Shown here: positions 6,301-8,316 of the stretch, in pieces
Layout: every line of letters starts with the position of its first letter
How positions within the stretch are numbered: the stretch's first letter is position 1
Source of the DNA: Takakia lepidozioides
Taxonomy: Eukaryota > Plantae > Bryophyta
Assembly (NCBI GenBank): GCA_030704615.1
Contig: JAKLZA010000088.1
Coordinates: 1 to 8,316 of the forward strand
DNA: 8,316 nt
Direction: 5' to 3'
The notes under the pieces: model-generated
Seen by the model: the letters and a program-made list of their open reading frames with translations, nothing else
The model's database searches: none
What the model was told of the DNA's origin: nothing
Position numbers and translations under genes: made by a program

Positions 6301-8246
6301 TTGCTAGGAAGGAACTTCAGTGCATTGAAAACTCACCTTCTCTTCGCTCCACACATGCCGTTGAGAGGTGATGCAGTTTCTCCAATTGCATGGTCGGCTA
6401 CATGGCCCGAGAATAGTGTTTTGCAATCTCGGGGATGAAGTCCTTCCAAGTGCCGGATCTGCAATTGCCACCAGCTTTCACAAGCTTTGACTTGTATTTG
6501 GTTCTGGACTTGACACCGGCTTCCTTCAAGTGCTCAGTCAATGACTGCAACGTTTTGACCTGCCCTCACTTTCCATGAAGAAGCGTTTGGCATGGGCCAA
6601 ATCCAGCTTGATGTTTGACTGCCAACAAAAACATGCAGAAAGCGTTACATTCGATTCATGTGGAAACATTACTGAAAATTGGGGAAGGATGAGCAAAGGG
6701 AAATTGGAGCACGACTTACTTCGTATATCACCTCCACCATTCCATCCATAGTGAGGAAACGATACCATGTCCGGTCTGTTTTTGCAACGGTTTTCTGAAT
6801 GAGCTCGGGCTCCAGCAATTTCCGCAAACATCTGCGGATCAGTGAGACCAGGTTTCCTCACCCTGTACAGCATGTGTGCCCATGTGGGTATGCACGTACG
6901 CATTCTCAGTGACCCTGCAAGGCACACTCTCCAGTTCAGTACACGGAAGCACGGAAACAAACCATAATGGAAACCGAAAGCGGCACCGCATTTCGAACGT
7001 GCTAGGAGGGTATGAGTATCTTACGAGTTGAGGTCCGCCATGGCATTCTTGAGCAGGGAGGAGTCGCCGCCTTCACTTGAGGATGACACACTCCACCATG
7101 TAATGCCAGCCAATGTGCTTGGCATGGTTCTGCTTGATGTACTCCCACCAGGCGAGAAGTCGGTGATTCCCGTCCCACACAAAGAACATTTTACCCGACA
7201 TATGGCCGAAGTCTGGATCACCCCTTCAGCGTCGTATCGAATTCGTCTGTTGCGAGTGTGCCAGTGGGTATCCCAATGACAATTCATCGGCAGTGGGTCC
7301 ACGAGTTTCGCCGTCCTATTCAATGGAAACGTAAAACGCTGCCGACCCAGACGGTACCCTTCTCGAAATGCGAACTTGAGCTTATCCACATCTCGGGAAG
7401 GGCCTGCCTGACGATGGAAGGGAGCCATGCCGACAGAGAGTGGGATTCGAAGAGTCCGCTGGAATACCCTGCTGCCCAGAACTCTGCCAATGCTACGGTG
7501 TGTCTCCTAACATTTTATCCGCTGCAATTTGAAATCCTCCGGAGGACATGTCTGTAGGTGCCTTCGGTGGGGTGTGGCTGAGCAGCTGGAGCATCCTCAA
7601 CTGGAGCTGCACTCTGGGGCCTGTCTGCGGGCAATTCTTGCCATTGCAGAGGCTCCTCCGGGCCTGCTTGCTCATCGGTTGGATGAGGTCTTGCTGACGA
7701 ACGTTGAGCGGCAGCACCCTCCTCCGGTACCAAATCGACATCAACGGTCGATCCATTGCCTTCGCTGCAGCAGAGTCGGCCCCAAATCTGCAGGCGGGAA
7801 ATCCTCCAGGAACTGAGCTTCAGCTCGTGGAAGCGGTTTTGCGGGAGATTGTTCGCCCGTCGCCCTGATGCCTCTGTCCTCATCCTTGCAGGTGAAGGTC
7901 TGCTGCAAATTGAATCTGTCTTCTAACCTGCTGCTTCATTCGCCGTTGGGGGGGTGAATCGGCCTGAGCCGGTTCAGAAGCCAGTAGAGGGACGGGCTGC
8001 TTCTTCTTCGACTTTTTGCTGGAGAAGGGCCCGACCCCTGTGGCGTTCTCCATGACCGAAGAACGCGAGTCGATCTCTGGGACTTTTGAACTTGCCCTTC
8101 GAAGACGGTCTTTGAATCGCAGAGGCTAGGCCCGGAGGAATACCCGCGCTCGGGGATCGGGTGGGTGTTACGTGCTTGCAGCAGCTCCCCGGACTCTTCC
8201 TGCGGCTCTTCGGATTCCTGCGATCCCTCCAGCACGTCCACCTTTC
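3319..8246 (-). CDS. Large spliced ParB/Srx-domain + beta-class amino-DNA-methyltransferase-like fusion protein (5'-partial; many apparent frameshifts, either sequencing indels or pseudogene)
   Basis: Hand-built exon model (minus strand): ~8246-7025, 6914-6720, 6618-6139, 6059-5804, 5699-~4585, 4473-4211, ~4108-3913, 3808-3319 (TAA at 3321-3319). Peptide blocks recovered across indels include IVRQALP..DVDKLKFAFREGYR..SAAFYVS, KMFFVWDGNHRLLAWWEYI, LLKNAMADLNS|VTENAYVH, KLVAIADPALG, CDMIIL-DIPDG..PSWN, DDRGCVVVLAS, WTCINTLGL, TKQFDAYCFVK, RSPAFIQTI..GGQVLDLICGT|GASMWAGRVSDRHLFAYEED and an acidic C-terminus. Splicing keeps the frame at several junctions, e.g. 7024/6915 and 3912/3809. Confidence 0.72.
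3809..3912 (-). other. Spliceosomal intron (104 bp)
   Basis: Consensus GTGAGT donor and GTGCAG acceptor; phase-2 splice gives in-frame EYE|IAGSG, removing the apparent TGA at 3911-3909. Confidence 0.6.
4109..4210 (-). other. Spliceosomal intron (~102 bp) inside MTase motif I
   Basis: CAG|GTATGC donor directly after CGT. The acceptor reads GTAACAA/G rather than GTAACAG, a one-base discrepancy, but the downstream peptide continues the motif. Confidence 0.55.
4474..4584 (-). other. Spliceosomal intron (~111 bp; donor position uncertain) containing a palindrome copy
   Basis: Strong polypyrimidine tract and TAACAG acceptor before TKQFDAY; candidate GTGATT donor at 4584. Confidence 0.6.
4513..4535. 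repeat. Intronic palindrome copy
   Basis: GAAACCGAAGCGGCACCGCATTT. Confidence 0.75.
5700..5803 (-). other. Spliceosomal intron (104 bp) containing a palindrome copy
   Basis: AG|GTTTGT donor and TGCCTTGCAG acceptor; T-rich interior. Confidence 0.65.
5775..5792. repeat. Intronic palindrome copy
   Basis: GAATGCGGTGCCGCATTT. Confidence 0.85.
6060..6138 (-). other. Spliceosomal intron (79 bp)
   Basis: CAG|GTAAAT donor and ATGCAG acceptor; joins LWFQ|VMSN. Confidence 0.6.
6619..6719 (-). other. Spliceosomal intron (101 bp)
   Basis: GTAAGT donor and TTGTTGGCAG acceptor; joins VIYE|SNIK. Confidence 0.7.
6915..7024 (-). other. Spliceosomal intron (110 bp) containing a palindrome copy
   Basis: GTAAGA donor and TGCCTTGCAG acceptor; phase-2 splice joins DLN-S-VTE in frame. 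Confidence 0.8.
6970..6995. repeat. Intronic palindrome copy
   Basis: GAAACCGAAAGCGGCACCGCATTTCG. Confidence 0.8.
7025..7450 (-). other. ParB N-terminal / Sulfiredoxin-like domain
   Basis: FFVWDGNHR with DGNHR at 7174-7160 matches the hydrophobic-strand + DGxHR signature of the ParB/Srx fold. Upstream are an 'R.AL..DV.KL...F..GY' helix and a 'FYVS' strand, and a helix (LLAWWEYIKQ) follows. Confidence 0.75.
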
Positions 8247-8316
8247 CTGTTAGGCATGCAAACATGTTCTGCATTCAAGTCTCCTAGCATTCAGTCTAAA
8301 GAATTACAGAAGCAAA

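Noticed and set aside
5700-7024. Introner-type repeated introns
   Set aside because: The introns share only the palindrome and a short acceptor sequence, with no end-to-end similarity or terminal repeats.

Overview
This looks like eukaryotic DNA, probably from a green plant or alga: it has short GT-AG introns, AATAAA signals and a TTTAGGG telo-box. The window is littered with single-base indels, so the supplied ORF track fragments the real genes. Reading across the frameshifts by hand gives three main components. (1) A large multi-exon minus-strand gene (~8246 to ~3319, 5' end outside the window, about 1400 codons visible) with a ParB/Sulfiredoxin-type domain (FVWDGNHR), a helical middle region, a low-complexity linker, a beta-class N4C/N6A amino-methyltransferase-like domain (variant motif IV DIPDG, motif I VLDLICGTG) and an acidic tail. 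(2) An array of 12 copies of an 18-bp palindrome AAATGCGG-YR-CCGCATTT just downstream of that gene (2487-3205), with three more copies in its introns and one in a 64-bp hairpin. (3) Two head-to-head paralogs of an unrecognised ~200-aa Cys/Trp-containing protein flanking that hairpin. Together these suggest a candidate eukaryotic ParB-MTase plus parS-like site module, probably part of a mobile or horizontally acquired element. That interpretation is inference and was not tested by any search.
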